The notes beneath the pieces were generated by a model. The model did no database searches. It worked only from the letters and a program-made list of their open reading frames with translations, and was not told the origin of the DNA. From the NCBI GenBank assembly GCA_012270995.1, contig JAAXHG010000122.1:8841-72840 (forward strand): a stretch of DNA of 64,000 nucleotides, read 5' to 3'. The DNA is from Vicinamibacteraceae bacterium (GTDB lineage Bacteria; Acidobacteriota; Thermoanaerobaculia; Multivoradales; Multivoraceae). Position numbers and translations under genes: made by a program. Below are positions 1 through 8,442 of the stretch, in pieces; positions within the stretch are counted from its first letter, which is position 1; each line of letters begins with the position of its first letter.

Positions 1-1
1 C

Positions 2-175
2 GAGCGGCTGACTGCGGAGCGGATCCAGTCCTGGATGGACACTCCGGAGCCGGCACCCATGAACTACCCGGACGTGACCAGCCACCTGGTCGACTGGATC
101 GACGGGGGCGCCGAGCGTCCGCTCGGCGATTTGGCGGCCGACGTGTGGGACGAAGTCTCGTGGCGGCCCGTATGA
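2..175 (+). CDS. 3' end of an unidentified gene (partial, enters from upstream of the window)
   Basis: The frame is open from the window edge (..ERLTAERIQSWMDTPEPAPMNYPDVTSHLVDWIDGGAERPLGDLAADVWDEVSWRPV*). Its TGA at 173-175 overlaps the ATG at 172 of the next gene (ATGA). No family recognised. It is shorter than the ORF-track cutoff. Confidence 0.3.
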   Translation, partial: ERLTAERIQSWMDTPEPAPMNYPDVTSHLVDWIDGGAERPLGDLAADVWDEVSWRPV

Positions 176-978
176 GCAGATCGCGACCGGCGCGTCCGGC
201 CGATCCGGACCTCGACTTCACCCTCGATCACTACCGGGAGATTCTGGAGCGGATCACCTCGACCCACCGGACCTTCTCGTTCGGTGAGGCGACTCCCCTG
301 GGTGAGGCGCTGCTCGAAGTGGAGCGCTTCGTCCTGATGCGGCACGACGTCGAGTTCAGTCTCGACGCCGCGCTGATGATGGCGCGGGCCGACCACGACG
401 CCGGCGTGCGCTCGACCTTCTTCGTCCAGATCGGTTCCGACTACAACCTGTTCGAGGCCGACGGCGCCGAGGCGGTCGAAGAGATCCTCGACCTCGGACA
501 CGACCTCGGCTTCCACTACGACCTGGGACTGCTGGAGCGTTCGGGCGGCGACCCGGTGGCGCTGGCCGGCCGGGCGATCGAGTTGATCGAGGGCTTCTTC
601 GACACACGGATCCGGGCCGCCAGCCCCCACATGCCGATGCGGTCGGGCCGGACGCTGCCGATTCCCGGCGTCGTCGACGCCTACGACCCGCTCTACTTCG
701 AGCGGATCAAGTACCTCTCCGACAGCACCCAGGTCTGGCGCGAGGGCGTGGTGACGTCGCTGCTCGACCGGTACGACCAGATCCAGCTCCTCACCCACGA
801 GTACCACTGGACGGAGGAGGGTCTGGGCTGGGACGAGTTGCTGTTGCTCGAGGCCGAGTTCAAGTACCGCCGGCTCAGGACCAGGGCCGAGGCGAACATC
901 GAGCGCTTCCGGGAGGGGCTGCGCCTGCGGGCCGAGCGCGACGAGGCGTTTCGGGCAGGGCACGGCGGGTCGAAGTAG
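172..978 (+). CDS. Polysaccharide deacetylase-like protein
   Basis: ORF 145-978, with the start moved to ATG 172 (ATGA coupling to the upstream ORF). The segments 'FVLMRHDVEFSLD', 'GVRSTFFVQ' and 'LGHDLGFHYD' resemble NodB/COG0726-type deacetylases as I recall them. Confidence 0.55.
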   Translation: MSRSRPARPADPDLDFTLDHYREILERITSTHRTFSFGEATPLGEALLEVERFVLMRHDVEFSLDAALMMARADHDAGVRSTFFVQIGSDYNLFEADGAEAVEEILDLGHDLGFHYDLGLLERSGGDPVALAGRAIELIEGFFDTRIRAASPHMPMRSGRTLPIPGVVDAYDPLYFERIKYLSDSTQVWREGVVTSLLDRYDQIQLLTHEYHWTEEGLGWDELLLLEAEFKYRRLRTRAEANIERFREGLRLRAERDEAFRAGHGGSK

Positions 979-989
979 CCTTCGGGTCG

Positions 990-1922
990 ATGGATCGGGT
1001 GCGTACGGTTCGGGACGTTCTGCTGCGCCCGAGCACCGAGAGCGAGCTCCCTCGTCTCTCCGAACTGACCGAAGTCGTCTACGGCGTCCGGCGCGAGCCG
1101 GTGGTGCTGCGGTGGCTTCTCTTCCATCCCGGTGTGGGGCCGGATGTCGAGTCTTCCGTCGCCGAACGGCATGGCCGAATCGTCGGCCACGTGGCTTCGT
1201 TGCACTGCCGCTACCGGATCCATGGCGGAACGGTGACGGGTGCTCATCGGATGCTGTGGATGGTTGAACACGCTGCGCGAGGCAGGGCCGGCGTCCCCCT
1301 TGCCGGCCGCACGCCCGACACGGACTTCGAGGTCGTGCTCGGCGGCACCGCCGCCACCAAGGCGATGCTGGTCATGCGCGGCTTCCGCGAAGCCGGCGAG
1401 GCGCTCGAAGTGCGACTGAGCACCGCGGCGGCAGGGGTCGCAACGGCCAGGCAGACCAGCCTGGCGCTAGCCGACTTCGATCCCGCCGCGGCCGGCCCGG
1501 CCGCTCCGCGAGACACGCTGGTCAATCTGGCCGAACCGCATCACCTGGCGTGGCTGGCAGCCTGCCCGGAGCATGACGGACTGCTGTTTACCCTGGAACG
1601 GTCCGAGGAGGCGCTGGGTCCGGTCCTGCTCTACGTCAACCGGGCGAACGATCCGCCCACCGGCCGCATCGTCCACATGCCGTGGCTTGAAGAGGATGCG
1701 GATCTGGCGCTTCTCGCCATTCTCGACCGGCTGGGCCGGGAAGGCTGCGCCGAGGCGACCGTCCTGACCACGGAAGAGGGCCTGTTGCGGGCCACGGAGT
1801 CACTGGGCGGCGAGGTCTTCTACCGGCGCCCGCTCTGGTTCCGCAACCCGAACCGCGCCGTCGAGCCGGCCCGCTTCTATCTCACCTACATGGAGGGAGA
1901 TCTCGCCTACCGGCGGGTGTGA
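990..1922 (+). CDS. Hypothetical protein, possibly GNAT-fold acyltransferase-like
   Basis: 310-aa ORF whose ATG lies 11 nt after the previous stop. Codon usage matches the neighbours. There is only a weak GNAT-like pattern ('RIVGHVASLHCRY..', 'AARGRAG'), so the family call is tentative. Confidence 0.35.
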   Translation: MDRVRTVRDVLLRPSTESELPRLSELTEVVYGVRREPVVLRWLLFHPGVGPDVESSVAERHGRIVGHVASLHCRYRIHGGTVTGAHRMLWMVEHAARGRAGVPLAGRTPDTDFEVVLGGTAATKAMLVMRGFREAGEALEVRLSTAAAGVATARQTSLALADFDPAAAGPAAPRDTLVNLAEPHHLAWLAACPEHDGLLFTLERSEEALGPVLLYVNRANDPPTGRIVHMPWLEEDADLALLAILDRLGREGCAEATVLTTEEGLLRATESLGGEVFYRRPLWFRNPNRAVEPARFYLTYMEGDLAYRRV

Positions 1923-1931
1923 GGCGCCGCG

Positions 1932-3080
1932 CTAGGCGTGCGGCGTCACGAGGTACTTCTCGCCGGTCGCCTGCTTCGCGTAGACCGCGATGGACGCCGG
2001 GTCGAGGGCCTGCCGCAGGGTGACCGTCTGCGCGTAGCTCGACGCGAAGGTCGTCCCGATCTCCGCGGCGACCCGCTGCCGGAGGCGTTCCGAGGCCTCG
2101 TAACCGATGCGGCGCAGGAAGTGGGGCAGCAGCCAGCCGCCCAGCCCCCAGGCCATGCCGAAGTTGCGGGTCAGGACCGTCTGGCTGCGGTCGAGGCCGC
2201 CGTAGATGTAGACCTGCTTGAGGGTCGCCGAGCCGTAGCGGCTGTACTCGGGGGCGCTGGCGGAGAGTGCCGCCTCCATCGCGGTGAGGATCTGGCCGGC
2301 CAGTTTGCCGCCGCCGGTGGCGTCGAAGCCGAGCGTCGCGCCGGTGTCGGTGATCGCGGCGACGAGGTCGGCCATGAAGGTCTCGGTACTCAGGTTGACG
2401 ACGTGGGTGGCGCCGATGCCGCGCAGGAGTTCCTCGTGTTCCGGCCGGCGGACGACGTTGACCAGCGGGACGCCGTCCCTGGTGCAGATCTTCTGGAGCA
2501 TCTGGCCGAGGTTGGAGGCGGCGGCGGTGTGGACCAGAGCCGTGTGGCCCTCGAGTCGCATCGTCTCGACCATGCCCAAGGCGGTCAGCGGATTGACGAA
2601 GCAGGATGCGCCTTCCGCGGGTGTCGTGCCTTCGTGCAGCGCCAGGCACTGCCGGGCCTCGGCCAGCCGGTACTCCGCGTACATCGAGCCGCCGAGGACG
2701 GCGACCGTGCGACCGACCAGGGCCCGGGCCGCAGGCGACGAACCGGCGGCGACGACCACGCCGGCACCCTCGTTGCCGGTCGGTATCGCCTGACCGAGGC
2801 GACCGGCGACCAGCCGCGCGAGCCCCTTGGGGATGTCGGCCACGGCTACCGGGCCGTGCTCGCCGTCCGAAGCGCGAACGGTAGAGACATCGGCCGGCCC
2901 GAACAGCACGCCAAGATCGGACGGGTTGATGGGCGACGCCTCGACCCGGATGACGACCTGGTCCGGTCCGGGTTCCGGCACCGGGACCCTGGCCAGCGCC
3001 AGTTCGACGGTACCGCCGCCCTGGTCGTCGGAGCGGATCGTGGATTGGAGTGCCAGGCCGTCGGCGGGGAGTTCGGTCAT
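1932..3080 (-). CDS. Medium-chain dehydrogenase/reductase (quinone oxidoreductase-like)
   Basis: 382 aa. It has a GroES-like N-terminus ('VVIRVEASPINPSDLG') and a Rossmann segment ('ALVHTAAASNLGQML'). The longer + strand ORF 1938-3389 opposite reads as Arg/Gly/Ala-rich GC shadow. Confidence 0.7.
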   Translation of the reverse strand: MTELPADGLALQSTIRSDDQGGGTVELALARVPVPEPGPDQVVIRVEASPINPSDLGVLFGPADVSTVRASDGEHGPVAVADIPKGLARLVAGRLGQAIPTGNEGAGVVVAAGSSPAARALVGRTVAVLGGSMYAEYRLAEARQCLALHEGTTPAEGASCFVNPLTALGMVETMRLEGHTALVHTAAASNLGQMLQKICTRDGVPLVNVVRRPEHEELLRGIGATHVVNLSTETFMADLVAAITDTGATLGFDATGGGKLAGQILTAMEAALSASAPEYSRYGSATLKQVYIYGGLDRSQTVLTRNFGMAWGLGGWLLPHFLRRIGYEASERLRQRVAAEIGTTFASSYAQTVTLRQALDPASIAVYAKQATGEKYLVTPHA

Positions 3081-3151
3081 GGTCAGTTTCCGGTTTGGTT
3101 GAGGTGTGAGCGGCGGCGAAGGCTATCGCGGCTCAGGCGCGTCGGACGACT

Positions 3152-4087
3152 ATGCTCCCGACCTGGATGCCGCGCGTCGTCTGCTCGTTCGAAGCGCCCT
3201 GCCGGCGGCCGTTCGACGTCCGGGGCCTGCTCGAGTTCTTCGCGGCCCGCGCGTTGCCGGGCGTGGAGGTCGTCGACAGGGAACGGCTGCTCTACTGCCG
3301 GACGATCGACCTCGCGCGACTGTCGCCGGGGAGGCCGGACGGTCCGCGGCTCGGGATCCTGCGGGTCGGCTTCGGCGACTACCGCATGAATGCGGAAGTA
3401 GACGCCACTGCGAGTGGACGGCTCGAATCGCATCTTGAGGAAGTCGTCGAACGCCGACTGCGGCGACCGTTCGACCTCGACGCGAACCCGAACGTCATAC
3501 GCTCCAGCCTGAGCGATGCACACGAACTGGTTCCGGGCTGTGAGAACCCGGCCGGCTTACGGATTCCCGGCGCCTGGTGCCGCTTCGAAACCGCCGTGCG
3601 GGCTGTGCTGGGTCAGCAGATCTCAGTGGCCGGCGCGCGCACCCTCGCCGGCCGCCTCGTCGCGGCTGCCGGCCGGGAACTTCCTGCGGCTCTGAGAAAG
3701 CCCGGACTCGAGCGGACGTTCCCGGGTCCGGAACAGGTCGCGTCCCTCGACCTCCGGACGATCGGTTTGTCCGGGTCCCGCGCCCGGGCGCTTGGTGACC
3801 TGGCGTCGGAGGTCGCGACCGGCGCGTTGAGGCTGGACGCCGACCCGCAAGAGGTCCGTCGCCGACTGCTCCGCATCAAGGGCGTCGGCCCCTGGACGGT
3901 CGAGTACATCGCGATGCGCGCCCTGGGCGACCGCGACGCGTTTCCTGCCAGCGACCTGGGACTGCGCAAGGCGATCGACGGCGACCAGCCGCCCAGCGCT
4001 GCCTACTTGGAGGCGATGGCGGAAGTCTGGCGACCCATGCGCGCCTATGCGGCGATCCTCTTGTGGCGCCGGGGCGGCGGGGGCTGA
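3152..4087 (+). CDS. alkA: DNA-3-methyladenine glycosylase II (AlkA-type, HhH-GPD)
   Basis: 311 aa. The N-terminus is AlkA_N-like ('LLEFFAARALPGVEVV'). The HhH-GPD core reads 'FETAVRAVLGQQISVAGARTLAGRL' and 'IKGVGPWTVEYIAMRALGDRDAFPASDLGLRKA'. The exact start (3152 or the Met 5 codons later) is uncertain. Confidence 0.75.
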   Translation: MLPTWMPRVVCSFEAPCRRPFDVRGLLEFFAARALPGVEVVDRERLLYCRTIDLARLSPGRPDGPRLGILRVGFGDYRMNAEVDATASGRLESHLEEVVERRLRRPFDLDANPNVIRSSLSDAHELVPGCENPAGLRIPGAWCRFETAVRAVLGQQISVAGARTLAGRLVAAAGRELPAALRKPGLERTFPGPEQVASLDLRTIGLSGSRARALGDLASEVATGALRLDADPQEVRRRLLRIKGVGPWTVEYIAMRALGDRDAFPASDLGLRKAIDGDQPPSAAYLEAMAEVWRPMRAYAAILLWRRGGGG

Positions 4088-4096
4088 GACTCGCTC

Positions 4097-5821
4097 TCAG
4101 GGCTTGCTGACGTCGATGACGCGGACGGCGATCTTACGCCCTTGTTCGTGCGGCAGTTGTCTGGCGAGGCAGGCTTCAAGCCGCTCGCGAAGTCCTTGCG
4201 GGCTTCCGGGGCGAGTCCCCGTCTCGTCCAGCGGCGCCTTGTCGGCGCCGCCGAACCAGAGCGCCAGGAAGATCCCGTGGCCGTCGGTTGCCGGATCCTG
4301 GGTGTACTTGGCGACAAGCTGGTCGCGCGCCGCGCGATACAGGGCAGGGTGGGAGTGCTTCTTGATCTCGATGGGCAGGTGGAAGCCGGTGCAGGACAGA
4401 CGAATGTCGGCGCGCCGATTCGCGGCGTACTGGCTCTCGCGTTGCGCGTCGACTCCGTCGGGCAGGCGGGTCCGCAGATCGCGGAGCAAGGCGTTTCGGC
4501 AGTCGTTCTCGGCTTTGGGTCGGGTCGGTCTGCCGTGTGCGTCCTGGTTCCAATACTGGCTCCAGTCGTTTGTGTTCGTGGTGCGGACCGAGCGCGCGAG
4601 TTCGTCGAGGCGGTCGACGGCGAGGGCGGTGAGGTCGGCGGCGTTGGCGGGCGCGAGGTTGTCGAGCGTGGCGCGGATCTCTCGAAGTTCGGGGCGGCGG
4701 TAGGAGTTGTCGCGGAAGATGATCGCCAGCCGGTCGCGAGCCTGGCGAAGGTGGTCGCGCCAGCGATGGAGCGTTTGGTCGTTTGCCAGTCGGTCCAGGG
4801 CGACGCCGGCTTCGGGTTCCGGCGAAGCTGCAAGGGACTCGATCAGCTCGGGGATACGCCAGAGCACCGATTCGGGCTGTGCGTTGTGCTGTCCTCTACC
4901 CGGTCTTTCGACGATCCTTGGTTTGTCCAACAGGTCGGAGACGCCGTAGGCGGCGCCCGACTGCCGGATCAGGATCTCCAATACGTAGGGCGGCAGTGCG
5001 GCAGGGCGAAACAGTTCGGGGTGTTCCAACCACAGGAACCTGGCGAGCTGCCGCGCACGCAGTTCCCTGCCTCCGATGAAGTTGCCCAGCCGCTCGGCGA
5101 ACGCGTCGGGCGCCGCGACGGTAGCCGCCGCCAGCCAATGGACGCGCTGGTTGACAGTCATGCTCCTGGCCGCGAGCTTCTTCTCGACGAGGTGGAGCAG
5201 CGCTTCGTGGTCCGCATGTTGCAGCGCCGTCCACAGCAGACGCGTCAGGTTGTGCAACTGCCGAGCGTGGCAGCGCACCGGAACGGCGCGCAGGAGGGGC
5301 AGGCAGACGAGGCGAGCAAGCTTGGCGTGGTCGTCGTCGTGCGCCAGGTCCCACAGGCACGGCACGTTCTCCGTGCCGCGTCGCAGTTCCTGGCGAGCCA
5401 GCGGGAGCAGCACATCCGCGACCAACTCGACATCGCGCTCAAGCAGACGCCGGTACCAGTTCGGGTGAACGCTGCGGCTGATCAGTACGGTGAAGTAGAA
5501 GGCACAGGCTTGGCGCTTCTGCCGCTTGCTCAGCCCGTCGACGCATCGCGAGTCGGCGAGGTCCCGTTCGTCGAGCGAAACGAGGAACGGCGTCGCGAGG
5601 TAGTGCATTCGGTTCTCGCCATGGAGACGGAGGATCTCGCCCGCGTCCGGCACGTCCTCGCGTTCGATGACGCTGCGCAGACCGGCGACAATCGCCTTGG
5701 CCAGGTCAGCCTGGTTGCCTAACTCTCCCGCGAGCCAGTCGCAGAGGGAATGTAGTTTTGGTCGTACCGTTGGCCGCGTCGTCGATGAGTTGCCGCGACA
5801 AGCCCTCTTCGCCCTCGTCAT
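4097..5821 (-). CDS. Helical protein ending in a PD-(D/E)xK-like nuclease motif; probably the C-terminal continuation of the upstream STAND NTPase
   Basis: 574-aa ORF that is largely helical or repeat-like. The C-terminus reads 'QRESQYAANRRADIRLSCTGFHLPIEIKKHSHPALYRAARDQLVAKY', an E..D..ExK pattern (IEIKK at about 4358-4372). The first ~20 residues ('MTRAKRACRGNSSTTRPTVRP') look like out-of-frame sequence. The ORF overlaps the upstream ORF by 116 nt. Confidence 0.55.
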   Translation of the reverse strand: MTRAKRACRGNSSTTRPTVRPKLHSLCDWLAGELGNQADLAKAIVAGLRSVIEREDVPDAGEILRLHGENRMHYLATPFLVSLDERDLADSRCVDGLSKRQKRQACAFYFTVLISRSVHPNWYRRLLERDVELVADVLLPLARQELRRGTENVPCLWDLAHDDDHAKLARLVCLPLLRAVPVRCHARQLHNLTRLLWTALQHADHEALLHLVEKKLAARSMTVNQRVHWLAAATVAAPDAFAERLGNFIGGRELRARQLARFLWLEHPELFRPAALPPYVLEILIRQSGAAYGVSDLLDKPRIVERPGRGQHNAQPESVLWRIPELIESLAASPEPEAGVALDRLANDQTLHRWRDHLRQARDRLAIIFRDNSYRRPELREIRATLDNLAPANAADLTALAVDRLDELARSVRTTNTNDWSQYWNQDAHGRPTRPKAENDCRNALLRDLRTRLPDGVDAQRESQYAANRRADIRLSCTGFHLPIEIKKHSHPALYRAARDQLVAKYTQDPATDGHGIFLALWFGGADKAPLDETGTRPGSPQGLRERLEACLARQLPHEQGRKIAVRVIDVSKP

Positions 5822-8096
5822 GGCGGTCGCGCGCTCGACCGAAAAACCAGCGTGCCAGTTCCGGCTGGGCCCCGGCGGTCTTACGAGCCTGCGTCAGGCA
5901 CCAGAGTCCAAAATCGGTCGGGGGCTGTGCCCCCCGCAGCCGCCGGCTAACCAGATGCACTTTGCCTTGCAAGTCCGCCTCGTGGGCGTAGTGGCGAAGG
6001 CCCTCCAGAAGAGCGGCCTTGTAGGCATCCGAGTGAGCCTCCAGCCAGGAACGCACCTTCCTTGATGGGGATTCGGTCAACTCCGGCGGAACTGCGCCAG
6101 GCTCCGGGTCCATCTGGTGGAGTTCGAAGGCCGCTTGCCTCGCCTGTTCGGCTGCCTGCAGTTGGTAGAACTCCTCGTCTGTCCGGGCGGGTCCGTTCAG
6201 CCACTCAGAGAGTTGTTGCGGCGTTAGCGTTTCGCCGTGAACGCTGAGTGCGCGCGCCAGGAGGCTCTCCGCGGAGGCCCGGCCTTCGCCGAAACCGTTG
6301 TCGACCAAACCGAGGTCGGGCCTTTGCGCGGCGAGCGCGTCGACGAGCATGCCGATGTCCTCGTCCGTCGTCTTCTCTTCGAGCGTGCGCATCCAAAAGG
6401 ACCTGTGGCGTCCATGCGCGCTCGTGGGTCGACACCGATCGAGGTGTCTCCAGATCTCCGCCGGCCCGATGGCATCGGGATAGAGCTCCCCGAGCACCGT
6501 GGCGGTTAGCTCGTTATGCACATCGCGGAGAGCGCCGCCCTGAACTTCGCAGAGAATCCGTTTCAACGTGCTGGTTCGCTCCTTCGGGTCCGCGCACTGG
6601 CGGATGAAGGCATCGAGAGCTGCCCAGGTGACCTCCGGCCGCCATTCGTCGTCGTAGAGGATCCTGAGGATCGAAGGCGTGAGCCCAGGCATCGGCGTGC
6701 CGCGGCTCAGCACCCTGAGCGCGAACTTCACCGCGAACTGGTCGTCCTCGCTTCGCCCCGGCGCTGTCAGCAACGCATCGAAGGTGGTTTCGAGCGCCGG
6801 AGCGGAAAGGGACCCGAAGGCTGCCGCGTTCGCGTAGCCAACGTCGTCTAGTCTCCGTCCTTCGCGGATTAGCGCTTCGAGCAGCAACCGTTTCTCGTCG
6901 TCCGAGAAGCCGGCGATGTCGCCGTAGAGGCCGACGCCAATGGGGTCGCGGTCGATCAGTTCCGCCCTGGCTGGCTTGGAGTGCACCGCTAGCCAGGCCG
7001 AGAGTCCACGATGGGCAGTGACTACGCCGCCATCGCCCGTGGTGGTCAGCGCGATGACCCGAGCCGGCGGGAGACCCGCGTCGATCCGCTCCGCCAGGTA
7101 GCGGCCGCCGAGGAACTCGGCGATGTGGCGGTGTATCGGCTCGAAGCGCCGGGCCTCTGGAGAGCTCGCCATCGCCGAGGTAAAGAGCCGGCTCGCCAGA
7201 ACCAGTCGCTGTCGGTGCGCCAAGACCTGTCCATCGCGTGGCGAGGGGCCGGCGAACGGCGGGCCGAGATCGGCGAGCACCGGATGGCCCGCACCCTCTC
7301 CCTCCGCCGCGGAGTCGACGCCGGCGTACCCCGAAAGGAGGAGGAGGGCGCAGATATGACCCGCAGCCTCCAGCAGCAGCGTGTCGGTCGGCCGGTTCCG
7401 GCCGGCGCCTCGGTGCTCCGGATTCACTTCCTGGACCAGTCGCCGGCACGCGTCCTCGAAGAGCTGGCGACGGTTCCTGGGCCATCTGCCGTCGGCGACC
7501 GCCTCAACCAGCAGGGTCAGGTTCTGAGGGTTCCGCAAGAAGCCGCCGAGGCCTCTCGCGTGAGCTTCGCAGAGGAAGGCGGCGGCATTGCCGATCTCGC
7601 TGTCACCGAGGATCGTCGCCGCGTCTGTCTCGGTTAGCGGGTCGAGGCGAAGAACGGCTAGTCGGCCTCCCGGGGCGACGGTTTCCAGCCTGGTCCGATC
7701 GTTGCCTCCGAGCCAGTCGGCTTCCCTGCACGACAGCCGGAAGGTGGGTCTTCCCACCCGGTCCAGTTGCGTGCGAACCCGATCCAGAGCCGGGCGCGGG
7801 TCGTCGTCGCCTGCACGGATCTCGTCAAGACCGTCGATGAAGAGGGTTCGGTCGCGCCACTCCGGGTGGCGTTCCGTGTCGAAGGTGACGAAGTCGCGCG
7901 CCGGAACGAGTATCGCGGACTCTCCCGGCACCGCGCACTCCTGCTTGAAGCACGTCGTTTTGCCGGCGCCGGGGTCGCCCAGGAGCACGAACGCGGCCTG
8001 GGATCGGTACTCCGACAATGGTCTGGAAACGGGCGGCTGCTCGCGCCCGGCGACGGCTTTCGGAAGCTCCGTGCAACTGCGGTTGACAAAGGTCAT
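5706..8096 (-). CDS. NACHT/STAND-type P-loop NTPase with a long helical C-terminal region
   Basis: The ORF track gives 5706-8678. I moved the start to ATG 8096 ('MTFVNRSC..') because the upstream 194 codons are Arg/Ser/Pro-rich junk that overlaps ogt. Walker A is 'LLGDPGAGKTT' (7953-7981). NACHT-style Walker B is 'LFIDGLDE' (7821-7844). 'FRLSCREADW' and 'LRLDPLTETDAATIL' follow. The remaining ~600 aa are helical. Confidence 0.7.
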   Translation of the reverse strand: MTFVNRSCTELPKAVAGREQPPVSRPLSEYRSQAAFVLLGDPGAGKTTCFKQECAVPGESAILVPARDFVTFDTERHPEWRDRTLFIDGLDEIRAGDDDPRPALDRVRTQLDRVGRPTFRLSCREADWLGGNDRTRLETVAPGGRLAVLRLDPLTETDAATILGDSEIGNAAAFLCEAHARGLGGFLRNPQNLTLLVEAVADGRWPRNRRQLFEDACRRLVQEVNPEHRGAGRNRPTDTLLLEAAGHICALLLLSGYAGVDSAAEGEGAGHPVLADLGPPFAGPSPRDGQVLAHRQRLVLASRLFTSAMASSPEARRFEPIHRHIAEFLGGRYLAERIDAGLPPARVIALTTTGDGGVVTAHRGLSAWLAVHSKPARAELIDRDPIGVGLYGDIAGFSDDEKRLLLEALIREGRRLDDVGYANAAAFGSLSAPALETTFDALLTAPGRSEDDQFAVKFALRVLSRGTPMPGLTPSILRILYDDEWRPEVTWAALDAFIRQCADPKERTSTLKRILCEVQGGALRDVHNELTATVLGELYPDAIGPAEIWRHLDRCRPTSAHGRHRSFWMRTLEEKTTDEDIGMLVDALAAQRPDLGLVDNGFGEGRASAESLLARALSVHGETLTPQQLSEWLNGPARTDEEFYQLQAAEQARQAAFELHQMDPEPGAVPPELTESPSRKVRSWLEAHSDAYKAALLEGLRHYAHEADLQGKVHLVSRRLRGAQPPTDFGLWCLTQARKTAGAQPELARWFFGRARDRHDEGEEGLSRQLIDDAANGTTKTTFPLRLARGRVRQPG

Positions 8097-8308
8097 TCGG
8101 CGTTCTCGAACCAATCGGTGGCAGGCCGGGATAGGAATTCGACGAGAGGAATGGTCCCGGACCCCGAGTCGTGCGTGGCCACAAGGAGGACGCGTTCGGG
8201 TCGCACCTTGCGCTCGAACGCGGCCATCCCGCGGGTCCTCCCGTGCTGAGCACCGCTCTTCACTTCGATGCCGACAACTCGCTGGTACCAAGTCAGGAGG
8301 AAGTCCAC
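8093..8308 (-). pseudogene. 3' remnant of a DUF4143-type AAA ATPase (C-terminal restriction-endonuclease-like module only)
   Basis: The translation '(E)VDFLLTWYQRVVGIEVKSGAQHGRTRGMAAFERKV..' matches the conserved C-terminus of COG1373/DUF4143 ATPases ('EVDFVL..IEVKSG..'). The frame is closed by a TAG about 30 codons upstream, so no ATPase domain is present. Its TGA overlaps the NTPase ATG (ATGA at 8093-8096). Confidence 0.5.
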
Positions 8309-8442
8309 TTCGTCGCTGCCCTGCCGGGACCACGGGTTCCCGACCCCTCGACTTGGGTGAGGCCGCTTCGTCCCGGCCCCGCTTCCCGAACGCTAGACTG
8401 AGCTTCTGACGGTGCGCACTGCGCAAGGAAGGAGACCGACCG

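Noticed and set aside
64-963. Long antisense or overlapping ORFs throughout the track. Examples are 64-963(-), 1938-3389(+), 8846-10540(-), 11643-13604(+), 16369-18486(+), 19577-20158(-), 20149-21642(+), 28762-30378(-), 49015-50334(+) and 54713-55798(+).
   Set aside because: Their translations are dominated by Arg/Gly/Pro/Ala runs with no motifs. Each lies opposite or out of frame with an ORF that has clear family signatures. In DNA this GC-rich, stop-free shadow frames of this length are expected.
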